Positions 9,963 to 19,706 of a stretch of DNA of 46,432 nt are shown here, one piece after another. The position numbers and the translations under genes are program-made. Numbering within the stretch: position 1 is the stretch's first letter; every line of letters starts with the position of its first letter. The DNA is from an uncultured Alphaproteobacteria bacterium (GTDB taxonomy: Bacteria > Pseudomonadota > Alphaproteobacteria > Caulobacterales > Maricaulaceae), in assembly GCA_963922935.1 (NCBI GenBank), contig CAWUKE010000001.1:1-46432 (forward strand), given 5' to 3'. Below the pieces are notes generated by a model, which saw nothing but the letters and a program-made list of their open reading frames with translations, was not told where the DNA came from and did not search any database.

Positions 9963-11081
9963 ATGAAAGTCATGACTATTATCGGGACGCGTCCCGAGAT
10001 CATCAAGATGAGCCGCGTCATTCAGCTATTCGATGCGCATACTGACCAGTTGCTTGTCCATACTGGCCAGAATTACGATTATGAGCTTAACAAGGTCTTC
10101 TTTGATGATTTGGGCATTCGTGAGCCCGACATCTTCCTGGATGCGGCCGTTGCGGGTCAGGCGATGGAAACTGTCGGCAACATTCTGACCAAGGTGGACC
10201 ACCTGATCGTCGAACACGAGCCCGACGCGTTCTTGATTTACGGCGACACCAATTCCGGTCTGGCCGTTATCGCAGCGAAGCGGCGCAAGGTGCCGATTTT
10301 CCATATGGAGGCTGGCAATCGCAGTTTCGACGATCGTGTGCCGGAAGAAATCAATCGCCGCATCATCGACCATACGTCGGACATCAATTTCACGCTGACG
10401 CAACGCGCGCGTGAATACCTTCTTCAGGAAGGTCTGCCCGGGAACAGGGTCATTGTATCTGGTTCGCACATGAAAGAAGTCCTCGACTATTACACCGATC
10501 AAATCGCCGGGTCCACCGCGCTTGATGACCTTGGGCTTAAGCCCAGCGGCTACGTTCTTTTGAGCCTACACCGTGAGGAGAATGTCGACCGTGAGGATCG
10601 CATTCGCGAACTGCATCGCGTCGTCGAGCAGATCGAGGAACGCACGGGAAAAACTGTGATCGTCAGCACCCATCCGCGAACGCGTGCCCGCATCGACGCG
10701 CTCGGGCTATCCGTAGACAAAGGCAAGTTCCTAAAACCATTCGGTTTTCTCGACTATATTGCTCTGCAGAAGTCTGCCCATTGCGTCGTCTCCGACAGTG
10801 GCACGATTAGCGAGGAATCAAATCTACTCGGCTTTCCGGCTGTAACCGTTCGCGACGCGCACGAACGCCCTGAGATCATGGAAGCCGGCGGCCTGATTAT
10901 GGTCAGCCTCGACGCGGATGACATCATAGAGGCAATCGGCGTTGTAACGAGCTTTGGAGACATACCGCGGGACTCTGTCCCCGACTATGATGGCGGTAGC
11001 GTAAGTCGCAAGATACTCTTTACAGTGTTGAGCTATGTCGGTTATGTGAATCGCGAGACGTGGAAGACCAATCTGCGATGA
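9963..11081 (+). CDS. non-hydrolysing UDP-N-acetylhexosamine 2-epimerase (FnlC/WbjD/QnlB type)
   Basis: GTRPEIIK, HTGQNYDYELN, GDTNS, HMEAGNR, PEEINR, SDSGTISEES and HERPE motifs; ATG 9963. Confidence 0.92.
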   Translation: MKVMTIIGTRPEIIKMSRVIQLFDAHTDQLLVHTGQNYDYELNKVFFDDLGIREPDIFLDAAVAGQAMETVGNILTKVDHLIVEHEPDAFLIYGDTNSGLAVIAAKRRKVPIFHMEAGNRSFDDRVPEEINRRIIDHTSDINFTLTQRAREYLLQEGLPGNRVIVSGSHMKEVLDYYTDQIAGSTALDDLGLKPSGYVLLSLHREENVDREDRIRELHRVVEQIEERTGKTVIVSTHPRTRARIDALGLSVDKGKFLKPFGFLDYIALQKSAHCVVSDSGTISEESNLLGFPAVTVRDAHERPEIMEAGGLIMVSLDADDIIEAIGVVTSFGDIPRDSVPDYDGGSVSRKILFTVLSYVGYVNRETWKTNLR

Positions 11082-13198
11082 AGGACTGGCTTGAGACGTG
11101 GCTTCGAAATATTGGAAAGCTTAAGCGTCTAATCGACCAGAAAAATGCGCTCGACACACAGAACAACGACTTTAGGAAGCGGCTCCTCGCACACGGTGTG
11201 GACCCAGACGCTTTCCTCCAGGGTCACGTGTCTCCGCGTGACATTAGAAATGCTTTCCATGACTACAATGCGCGTTCGATGCGGCACAAGATCGATAATC
11301 TTATACGGGAGAACATCAATCTTCGACTGGACCAGAGACCTATGAGCCATACACGCAGAAATGTTCCTCATGCCGGGGCTTCTGAGGTCCCGGACCTCTT
11401 CGCAAATGGTGACCCAAAGGTGAGCATTGTTATTCCTGTTTATAATGGGAGCGATTATCTCGCCGACGCGATCGACAGTGCGTTGAGTCAGACTTACAAG
11501 AATGTCGAGGTCGTGGTCGTTAATGATGGGTCTAATGATGACGGTGCGACCGACGCGATCGCCAAAGCGTATGGCGACAAGATCACCTACATCGTTCAGG
11601 AGAATAAGGGTGTCGCAGGCGCGATGAATACAGCCGTAGAGGCGCTGACTGGCGATCTCTTTTGCTGGCTCAGTCACGACGATATCCACCTGCCCCACAA
11701 GGCGCAGACCCAGGTCGATTTTCTTCGCGAACTCGGCCGATCAGATGTCATGCTGTTTTCCAATTACTCGCTCATCAACAGCGACAGCGAAGTCTGGCAT
11801 ACTAGCCAGTTCGACGAGGAACTCCTGCGAAAGACGCCTAGCATCGCGCTCATGCGGGGTTTTGTGAATGGCTGCACGATCATGGTGCCCGTTTGGGCCC
11901 TGCGCAAGCACATGCCGTTTAAGGAAAAGCTACGCTACACGCAGGATTACGAAATGTGGGACCGTGTTCGCGAGGATGCGGAATTTGTCTTCCAGCCTTT
12001 CACGTCAGTACACTACCGCATTCATCCTGGCCAGGACACGAACAAACCTGAAGCGTCAGAAGAGAGCAACGATCTCTGGATCAATATGATGGACGGACGA
12101 CCTGAGTCAGAGATGATTGCCATCTCCGGCAGCCGTCACAAATATTTCGCTGATCTCGCCGAATTTCTAAAGAACACCCCTTACAAAAGGGCGGAAGATC
12201 ATGCCTCTCAGCAGGCCGAGGCCGCGCTTGATGTGAAGGTTTCGATCATTATCCCCACCTACAATGAAGATGCGCTCGCAGCAGACGCTATTCGGAGTGC
12301 AATCAATCAAACCTATGAAAACATCGAGATTATTGTTGTCGACGATGGGTCAACGAACCCGATGACGCAGGTGCACGCTCTGGCCGAGGCGTCGGAACGG
12401 GTTATGTTCGTATCGGTCCGCAATGGCGGCCCCGGCGCGGCACGAAATCTCGGAATGAGTTTGGCGACCGGCGAGTATATTGCGTTTCTCGATAGCGATG
12501 ATGCCTATCTTCCGACTAAGGTTAGGACCCAGGTTCACGCCATGATGAAATCCGGTCATGTCTTTTCTCATACGTCCTACCATGTGCGTTATCCGCAAGG
12601 TAGGATAGGAAGGGGCACGCTGCATAGCGGTCGCGTCAGCGGCGAGGTTTATGTGGACATGCTCAGCGGGTGTTCTATTGCAACACCAACCGTTATGATC
12701 CATCGGTCGCTTGTGACCAGTGGGTGGCGTTTTCCAACCGACTCTCACCTCGGCGAGGATATACTGGGCTGGCTTTGGATTGCAGCGCGCTATCCTATAC
12801 TTGGTGTCGACGAACCTCTATCGATCGTGACGTGGCGCGACGATAGCGCGGCATTGAATATCAATAAGGGTATTGATGGCGTCACTTATATGATGAGGGT
12901 CTTATATACGCACCCTTACCATCACCTGCATTCAGAGGCCATCGACAAGTTAGGAATCACGCTTCAGCACCTTATGGAGCTTCGCGAAACGGCGCGGAGC
13001 CACCCGGACTTCGGAAAGGTTTCGTCCATAATTAATGCTGACACAATCAATGCGGCTTTCGGATCCGATGCCGATCGACCCGTTTTGAAAAAACCGACCC
13101 GGAAAGTTTTCGAAATTTCCGGGGCCTACGATCTGGAAGGTCGCTATCAGGCGACTTGTAAGATCGAGAAACGCCCAAAAGGCGCACAGCATGTCTAG
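11078..13198 (+). CDS. glycosyltransferase with two GT2 domains and an N-terminal helical extension
   Basis: VSIVIPVYN...NDGS...WLSHDD followed by VSIIIPTYN...DDGS...FLDSDD; ATGA overlap with the epimerase stop. Confidence 0.92.
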   Translation: MKDWLETWLRNIGKLKRLIDQKNALDTQNNDFRKRLLAHGVDPDAFLQGHVSPRDIRNAFHDYNARSMRHKIDNLIRENINLRLDQRPMSHTRRNVPHAGASEVPDLFANGDPKVSIVIPVYNGSDYLADAIDSALSQTYKNVEVVVVNDGSNDDGATDAIAKAYGDKITYIVQENKGVAGAMNTAVEALTGDLFCWLSHDDIHLPHKAQTQVDFLRELGRSDVMLFSNYSLINSDSEVWHTSQFDEELLRKTPSIALMRGFVNGCTIMVPVWALRKHMPFKEKLRYTQDYEMWDRVREDAEFVFQPFTSVHYRIHPGQDTNKPEASEESNDLWINMMDGRPESEMIAISGSRHKYFADLAEFLKNTPYKRAEDHASQQAEAALDVKVSIIIPTYNEDALAADAIRSAINQTYENIEIIVVDDGSTNPMTQVHALAEASERVMFVSVRNGGPGAARNLGMSLATGEYIAFLDSDDAYLPTKVRTQVHAMMKSGHVFSHTSYHVRYPQGRIGRGTLHSGRVSGEVYVDMLSGCSIATPTVMIHRSLVTSGWRFPTDSHLGEDILGWLWIAARYPILGVDEPLSIVTWRDDSAALNINKGIDGVTYMMRVLYTHPYHHLHSEAIDKLGITLQHLMELRETARSHPDFGKVSSIINADTINAAFGSDADRPVLKKPTRKVFEISGAYDLEGRYQATCKIEKRPKGAQHV

Positions 13199-13967
13199 AC
13201 GCGCAACAATGAAATTACGGAGTTGGGGCGTATCTGCCGCTCTGGCCAAACAGGATATATTCGATAGGTTCGCCCGGACCGTGCTGGGGCCGTTCTGGAT
13301 TGTCATCTCGAACGCGGCGCTCGTGCTCGGCATTACGGTGGTGTTCGGAGCGCTCTTCCAGACCGACATTAAGACCTACGTCGTCTATGTGGCTCTGGGC
13401 ATCGCGATCTGGACCTTCATGTCAGCGGTGATCACTCAGGCATCCAAGTATCTCGAGTCCGGAAAGGCCCTGCTTTTTACCTTCGACTTGCCCTGGATGG
13501 TCCAGATCGCCCGTTCGGTTTTCGTCGAGGCGATTGTTCTCTTTATCCATCTTCTGGTCGCACTGCCGGTGATCTTACTGACGCAGGACGATATGGGTCT
13601 CGTGACTCTGGTCTCATTCCTGGGGATCGCCCTCATCCTTGCATTCGGGTTCTCTATGGGATTGCTGATCTCCGCATACGGGGCGCGCTATTCCGACCTG
13701 AGCTATGCGCTCGACTCGGTTATGCTATTTCTATTCCTCTTTACTCCAGTCTTCTGGACGGCCGAGTCTCTCGGAGAGACACGCCGCGGCTTTGCGGAGT
13801 ATAATCCCTTGTACCACTTCCTAGAAACCGTCCGAGGGCCAATTCTCGACCAAGCTGTACCGTGGACCAGCTTTGCGGTGGCAGGAGGCTCGACGCTCCT
13901 GCTGTTCACGGTCGGATATTTCATCTTCAAGCGGCGGAGCCGCGAATTTGCGCTCTGGATCCAGTAA
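13191..13967 (+). CDS. wzm: polysaccharide ABC-2 transporter permease
   Basis: RTVLGPFW, multiple hydrophobic segments, FLFTPVFW and YNPLYHFLETVRGP motifs. Confidence 0.9.
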   Translation: MSRRATMKLRSWGVSAALAKQDIFDRFARTVLGPFWIVISNAALVLGITVVFGALFQTDIKTYVVYVALGIAIWTFMSAVITQASKYLESGKALLFTFDLPWMVQIARSVFVEAIVLFIHLLVALPVILLTQDDMGLVTLVSFLGIALILAFGFSMGLLISAYGARYSDLSYALDSVMLFLFLFTPVFWTAESLGETRRGFAEYNPLYHFLETVRGPILDQAVPWTSFAVAGGSTLLLFTVGYFIFKRRSREFALWIQ

Positions 13968-14722
13968 TGACCCATATCGTCCTTGAAGACGTCCATGTCA
14001 GCTATCCTGTTAAGGTGGGCGGCCGCGAACGATCAACCATGGCAGCGCTTGCCTCCACGGCCTCGTTCGGCCGTATCGCGGCCGACATGAAGTCTCTCCC
14101 ACGTGTACAGGCTATTCGCGGACTGAGCTTCCGCGCCGAGGCTGGCGATCGCATCGCGATCGTCGGAAGAAACGGAGCGGGCAAATCCACCCTTCTCAAG
14201 ACCGTGGCCGGTCTGATGAATCCGTCCCAGGGAAAGGTGGATATCGAGGGTACTGTGCTTGCACTCCTCTCCTTGGGTGGAGGTCTGAACACGGAAAAAT
14301 CAGCCCGCCAGAATCTGCGCATGATGGCCAAGCTGCTTGATATACCGTCCGCAGAGTACGATGATTTCGAAAACGACGTCTACGAGTTTACGGAATTGGC
14401 TGAGTTCTTTGACATGCCGCTCATGACCTATTCGTCCGGCATGCTTGTCCGCTTTATGTTTGGGACTATGACCTACAAGTCCGCAGACATCATGGTTATC
14501 GACGAAATCATCGGAGCCGGGGACGCGCGCTTTTTCTCCAAAGCCCAGCAGAGGGCGGAAGCGTTATTCAAGACGTCTAAAATCCTTCTTCTTTCCTCTC
14601 ATGCAGCGGAGGTTACCTACGAGCTATGCAACCGCGCGATCTGGCTGGAGAATGGAACAATCGCCATGGACGGATCCCCTCGCGACGTGTGGGACGCCTA
14701 TAGAGCGTCTCTCGCCGCCTGA
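13967..14722 (+). CDS. wzt: polysaccharide ABC transporter ATPase with no C-terminal carbohydrate-binding module
   Basis: Walker A GRNGAGKST, YSSGM signature, IDE Walker B and SH motifs; TAATG coupling with wzm; ~251 aa. Confidence 0.92.
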   Translation: MTHIVLEDVHVSYPVKVGGRERSTMAALASTASFGRIAADMKSLPRVQAIRGLSFRAEAGDRIAIVGRNGAGKSTLLKTVAGLMNPSQGKVDIEGTVLALLSLGGGLNTEKSARQNLRMMAKLLDIPSAEYDDFENDVYEFTELAEFFDMPLMTYSSGMLVRFMFGTMTYKSADIMVIDEIIGAGDARFFSKAQQRAEALFKTSKILLLSSHAAEVTYELCNRAIWLENGTIAMDGSPRDVWDAYRASLAA

Positions 14723-14797
14723 TGCGAAGCCCCACTCCGGATTGCTGAACGGGTGTCGTCACATCGACACGGCAGCAGACATTTAGAGTCTTCGAAC

Positions 14798-16255
14798 ATG
14801 ATTGTTCGTGCGGAAACTCTCAGGGTATCCGCAGAGGCATTCCACATTTCTGGCTGGGTCGATATGAACCCGGACGACTGTCTTTCGCTGGAGCTGCTTA
14901 TCAAATCGCGAAGCGGTGTCCGTTCAAGACGCCAGGTTGCTCTCCTGCATGGACGCGCGGCCCTGCCGCATCCGGGATGCGTTTTCTCGGCCTATGGCGG
15001 AGTTCAGACTGGGGAGGTGGCTTGCATCGAGGCCGTCTTGCAGACGCGGCACCAAGGGATTCTTGTTCAAACGCTTTTTCCCGAGCCGAAGGCCCGCCGC
15101 ATGTACAGACGGTTGCGTCAGTCTGTGGGTCGCTGGCGACGGCGCGATGTCGAGCGGATAAGGGTGAAATACGCGCGTTTTGACTTCGCTGCCCCTTCTA
15201 ATGGGACGCTTTTAATCAATGCAGCGCTGGGCGGGGGCGGGGACGCCCACGCGCGTGTTATCATCGAAGAAGAAAAATCTCGGGGTCGACCGGTTTCGAT
15301 CCTGACCTTCGACCCCGATCGTCTCTCATACGTGTTCGAGAATGAAGGCGAAACGATCACACATCTGGATCGCGTCGGCTTCGAGACGGCTTTGTCCGCC
15401 GACTGGTCGCGTATTGTGGTCAATAGCCTTGTCACCGTCCCGCAGCCGCAAAGACTGATGCGTTCGATCCTTGGCGCGCGGGGCAATGCGACCCTGCATG
15501 TCCATCTCCACGATTATTACCCGATCTGTCCATCGCCCCATCTGCTTGATTCGGCGGATCGCTTCTGTGGCGTGCCCCCAGTCTCGATTTGCGCGCTCTG
15601 CCAACGCGGGAATCCGAATGGGCATTTCTCCCTGATGGGCTCCGACACGATGACGGAATGGCGAGCACAATGGGCGGCGTTTCTGCAGCAGCCTGACGAG
15701 ATCGTCCTGTTCAGTGACGATGCCCGTAAGCGACTATTCGACGTTTTTCCGGACATCGATCCGAAACGGATTAAGATCCGTCCTCACAGCGTCCCGACGA
15801 TGCAAGCCCGGCCCTACAATCCCACCGGCAGGAATATCGCTATATTTGGAACCTTGTCCGTCGCGAAAGGCCGCGATGTCGCGATGGCGCTCGAACGTCA
15901 TCTGCGCGCGAGGAGATCAGAGTGGATTCTGCATCATTTCGGAGGCGCGCCTCTTCCGCCTAGTACGCACTACCGATCGCACGGTCCCTATGTTCCATCC
16001 GCCATGCCAGATCTGCTGGCCGAAAATGACATCTCGGTCTGCTTTCTGCCTAGCATCGTTCCAGAGACCTTTTCTCTGGTGACGCACGAGTTGCTGTCCC
16101 TGTCGCAGCCAGTGGTTGTCTTCGACGTTGGTGCGCAGGCAGAAGCCGTAAAGACGCAGGGCCTAGGCGAGGCGATCCCGCTTTGGTCAGAGCCTGCCGA
16201 GGTGGTCGCGGCCTTCGAGCGATCTCGACTGAGCCGAAATTCTGCGCGGCGCTAA
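14798..16255 (+). CDS. GT-B (GT4-like) glycosyltransferase with a Cys4 motif
   Basis: LGGG, HDYYPICP...C...C..C, FGTLSVAKG, PSIVPETFSLV..E and FDVGAQAE motifs. Confidence 0.8.
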   Translation: MIVRAETLRVSAEAFHISGWVDMNPDDCLSLELLIKSRSGVRSRRQVALLHGRAALPHPGCVFSAYGGVQTGEVACIEAVLQTRHQGILVQTLFPEPKARRMYRRLRQSVGRWRRRDVERIRVKYARFDFAAPSNGTLLINAALGGGGDAHARVIIEEEKSRGRPVSILTFDPDRLSYVFENEGETITHLDRVGFETALSADWSRIVVNSLVTVPQPQRLMRSILGARGNATLHVHLHDYYPICPSPHLLDSADRFCGVPPVSICALCQRGNPNGHFSLMGSDTMTEWRAQWAAFLQQPDEIVLFSDDARKRLFDVFPDIDPKRIKIRPHSVPTMQARPYNPTGRNIAIFGTLSVAKGRDVAMALERHLRARRSEWILHHFGGAPLPPSTHYRSHGPYVPSAMPDLLAENDISVCFLPSIVPETFSLVTHELLSLSQPVVVFDVGAQAEAVKTQGLGEAIPLWSEPAEVVAAFERSRLSRNSARR

Positions 16256-16658
16256 AGCCCAATTTATACATCGATCAGTCGATGGTACCGTCCTTTACGT
16301 CTCGGATCGAATAGGAGAACGCGCCAGCGGTAAGCAAAATCGTCGCGAACGACGGATATAGCGATCATAGGTGCCTTCGTTCCCTCGCTATATGATGCGC
16401 CTTCAAGCGCAAAACAGCAAAACCTCAAACTCTGAAAACAGACCCTTATCTGGGGCAGCCCAAATATTGACTGACAAATCTTGTGTAGAGACAGGCAAGT
16501 AGTTTTAGGGGAGGGCCACTATTTTGCCATTCTGTCCGTCCATCAGAACGTTAGAACTGACGGAATACAAAGAAGGCTGGGCCCTTGACCAATTAGTTCG
16601 AGATCGGCAGATGACGCCAACTTGACTCTGAAAAGTCAGTCGAAAGGTAGAGCCTTAA

Positions 16659-18494
16659 ATGTGTGGAATCATTGGAATTATTGGCAATAAGCCGGTTTCA
16701 CATCGTTTGGTCGATGGCTTGGTTCGGCTGGAATATCGCGGCTACGATAGTGCGGGTCTTGCTGTCATGGGATCGCAAGGTATTTCGCGCCGTCGTGCCC
16801 AAGGCAAAATCATTAACTTGCGGGCGGCGTTGGAGGCGGATCCAGTCGACGCCCATATCGGTATTGCGCATACACGTTGGGCCACCCATGGGGAGCCGAG
16901 CGTCGGAAATGCCCACCCCCATAAGGCGGGCCGCGTGACGCTTGTTCACAACGGAATCATCGAAAATTATGCTGAGATCCGCGAAAAACTCTCACATCGA
17001 ACGTTTTTGTCAGAGACTGATACGGAAACGGCCGCGCATCTGATTGACGACTACCTAGAGCAGGGTGCCAGCCCGCGGGAAGCGATTTCCCAAGCTTTGC
17101 AGGAAATTCGCGGCGCTTATGCGCTCGGAATTTTGATTGCGGCAGATCCTGAGGGTGCACCTGCCGGAAAAAAGGAAATTTACGGCGCGCGTCACGGCTC
17201 TCCTTTGGCGATCGGATTTGGTAAAGGGGAACATTATCTAGGGTCCGATGCCCTAGCACTGGCTCCATTGACCGATAAAATCATGTATCTCGAAGAAGGG
17301 GACTGGGCTGCGCTAAGAGAAGATGGCGTCGATGTTTTTGATAAAAAAGGGGCGCCAGTTGAGCGCGATATTGTTAAAGTAGAACGCGAAGATAACTTCC
17401 CGGAAAAAGGGAACTTCCCTCACTTTATGCTCAAAGAAATTTATGAGCAGCCAGAGACGCTGGCGGCAACAGCCTCTCATTATCTGGATATAGATAGCTT
17501 ATCGCCTGACGTTCCAGCGGGCCTGGACTTCACGGATGTGTCTCGTCTTGTCATTGTCGCGTGTGGGACAGCTTTTTACGCGGGCATGGTCGCCAAATAC
17601 TTGTTTGAGCGGTTTGCCCACCTTGCCGTCGATATCGATATCGCCTCAGAGTTTCGTTATCGCAATCCTGTCTTGCAAAAGGATGCGTTGATGCTGGTTG
17701 TCTCACAAAGTGGGGAAACGGCGGACACGCTTGCGGCCTTGCGCTACGCAAAGCAAGAGGGCCTAAAAACTGCTGCGCTTGTGAATGTCATGAGTTCTTC
17801 GATGGCCCGCGAAGCAGACATTGCTATGCCGATACAGTGTGGTCCCGAAATTGGCGTCGCGTCTACGAAAGCCTTCACCTCACAGGTTTGTGCCCTCGCG
17901 ACATTAGCGATCGTGGCGGGCGCTTCACGTGGGGTCATTGCAAAGGATGTCGTGCAGGATTTGACGCGCGATATTATAGCCGCTCCTGAAAATGTCGCGA
18001 AAGCTCTAGAGCGCAATGGGGATATTGCGCGGGTTGCAACGCAGCTTATGACGGCTCGCTCAGCCTTTTTCCTAGGGCGCGGTGTTATGGTGCCTATCGC
18101 TCTGGAGGGCGCCCTTAAGCTTAAAGAAATTTCGTACATTCACGCAGAAGGATATGCCGCTGGCGAACTCAAACACGGCCCGATCGCTCTGATTGAGAAG
18201 GGGACACCTGTCATTGCCGTTGCGCCGATGGATGACCTTTTTGAAAAGACGATTTCTAATCTCCAAGAGGTGGCCGCTCGCGGCGCTCGTGTGATGTTAT
18301 TCACAGATGCCGCTGGGGCGGCAAAGGCCAAAGACATCGCGGAGATCGTTGTGGCTCTTCCCGAAGCGAGTAGTCTCACAGCGCCTATCATTCAGGCTGT
18401 CGGGCAACAATTATTAGCCTATTATACGGCCGTAGAGTTAGGGACTGATGTCGATCAGCCCCGCAATTTGGCAAAATCTGTTACAGTTGAATAG
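16659..18494 (+). CDS. glmS: glutamine--fructose-6-phosphate transaminase (isomerizing)
   Basis: MCGIIG, LEYRGYDSAG, HTRWATHG, SQSGETADT and terminal DQPRNLAKSVTVE motifs. Confidence 0.98.
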   Translation: MCGIIGIIGNKPVSHRLVDGLVRLEYRGYDSAGLAVMGSQGISRRRAQGKIINLRAALEADPVDAHIGIAHTRWATHGEPSVGNAHPHKAGRVTLVHNGIIENYAEIREKLSHRTFLSETDTETAAHLIDDYLEQGASPREAISQALQEIRGAYALGILIAADPEGAPAGKKEIYGARHGSPLAIGFGKGEHYLGSDALALAPLTDKIMYLEEGDWAALREDGVDVFDKKGAPVERDIVKVEREDNFPEKGNFPHFMLKEIYEQPETLAATASHYLDIDSLSPDVPAGLDFTDVSRLVIVACGTAFYAGMVAKYLFERFAHLAVDIDIASEFRYRNPVLQKDALMLVVSQSGETADTLAALRYAKQEGLKTAALVNVMSSSMAREADIAMPIQCGPEIGVASTKAFTSQVCALATLAIVAGASRGVIAKDVVQDLTRDIIAAPENVAKALERNGDIARVATQLMTARSAFFLGRGVMVPIALEGALKLKEISYIHAEGYAAGELKHGPIALIEKGTPVIAVAPMDDLFEKTISNLQEVAARGARVMLFTDAAGAAKAKDIAEIVVALPEASSLTAPIIQAVGQQLLAYYTAVELGTDVDQPRNLAKSVTVE

Positions 18495-18523
18495 CCTTGG
18501 GCCCCCGTGCCAGTTAAGACGGT

Positions 18524-19534
18524 ATGACTTGCCCGTTACGCATTATTATTACGGCTTATAATAGTGCGGCCTTTCTTCCTGACTGTTTAGCGGCTCTTTG
18601 CGCACAGAGTTTTTCAGACTTTGAGGTCGTGATTGTCGATAATGGCGGTACGCCTGACGGGGCGCATAAAATAGACCTGCCGGACGACCGTTTTTCGCAC
18701 ATTCTAAGCCCCGTGAATGATGGTTTCTCGGGTGGTTTCGTTCGCGGAGCCGAAGGTGCGGCAACGGACTGGCTGATGAGCCTTAACCCTGACACAGTTT
18801 TAGACCCGGACTGTCTTTCGCATTTAATGCGCTCTGCGGAGACGATGGGGCGCCCCGCTATGGTTAGTCCTGTGCTGTATCAAGATGCGGGGCAGGCTGT
18901 ACTTGATGGGGCTGGCGATAGCTTGTCGATATGGGGTATAGCGTGGCGCAATGGCTACGGTCATAGTCCCGAAGTCCTCCCAGACCGTGCTTTCTCAGAA
19001 GTGTTTAGCCCGACGGGAGCCGCCGCCCTTTATCGCCGGGAAGCCTATGAAAAGGCTGGCGGATTTGACGCTGATTTCTTCTGCTATATTGAAGATGTTG
19101 ATCTGGCTGTCAGGATAAGAGCCATGGGCGGGCGATGTTTATTGGTTCACGCTGCAACGGGTCGTCACGTTGGTGGACATTCTACGCAGGATTTACCGGG
19201 TTTTGCGATGACCCATACCGTGCGGAACTCGCCTTTGATGATAGGGGGAAGCCTGCCTGTACCCTTACAGTGGGTGGTGTGGACATTCTACCGATTGGGG
19301 CAATATATCTTACAACGGCGTGCGCTGCGCAGCGGCAGCCCTCGGGATCGAGCGATCGCACAATTTAGACGCGACGGCTTTGCTCTCGCTCGAGACCGTC
19401 GTCATCTGATCGATAAGAAACGAAAATCACGTCCTCGCTATCCGTTTATGGCGTCTATGCGTCTTGCCCGTCGCTTGCATTGGGGCGTGTCAGGGTTTCG
19501 TCATCACCGCCTTTTGGCTTGGCCTTGGCGCTAA
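18524..19534 (+). CDS. GT2 glycosyltransferase (rhamnosyltransferase-like)
   Basis: VVIVDN, LNPDT, TGAAALYRR and GGFDADFFCYIEDVDL motifs. Confidence 0.85.
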   Translation: MTCPLRIIITAYNSAAFLPDCLAALCAQSFSDFEVVIVDNGGTPDGAHKIDLPDDRFSHILSPVNDGFSGGFVRGAEGAATDWLMSLNPDTVLDPDCLSHLMRSAETMGRPAMVSPVLYQDAGQAVLDGAGDSLSIWGIAWRNGYGHSPEVLPDRAFSEVFSPTGAAALYRREAYEKAGGFDADFFCYIEDVDLAVRIRAMGGRCLLVHAATGRHVGGHSTQDLPGFAMTHTVRNSPLMIGGSLPVPLQWVVWTFYRLGQYILQRRALRSGSPRDRAIAQFRRDGFALARDRRHLIDKKRKSRPRYPFMASMRLARRLHWGVSGFRHHRLLAWPWR

Positions 19535-19706
19535 AGTCTGCTCACATTTTCTAGGGGGAGACGAACCGAGGTTCCGTCAAAGAGCGAGATGATAATTATT
19601 TGTGGTCGCGTTATCCGATTTTAAAACAAAATTGCTTATACCTAAAAGTCGATAATCAATAACGCGGTCGCGACGTGGCAACCGAGTTGAGAGATAGGCT
19701 TTGCGC

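Noticed and set aside
16256-16658. Possible glmS ribozyme upstream of glmS
   Set aside because: No recognisable ribozyme core, and it is mainly a Firmicutes element; only short, weak hairpins are present
3540-16658. Integrative element or prophage explanation for the accessory glycan cluster
   Set aside because: No integrase, transposase, tRNA target or flanking direct repeats were found by eye
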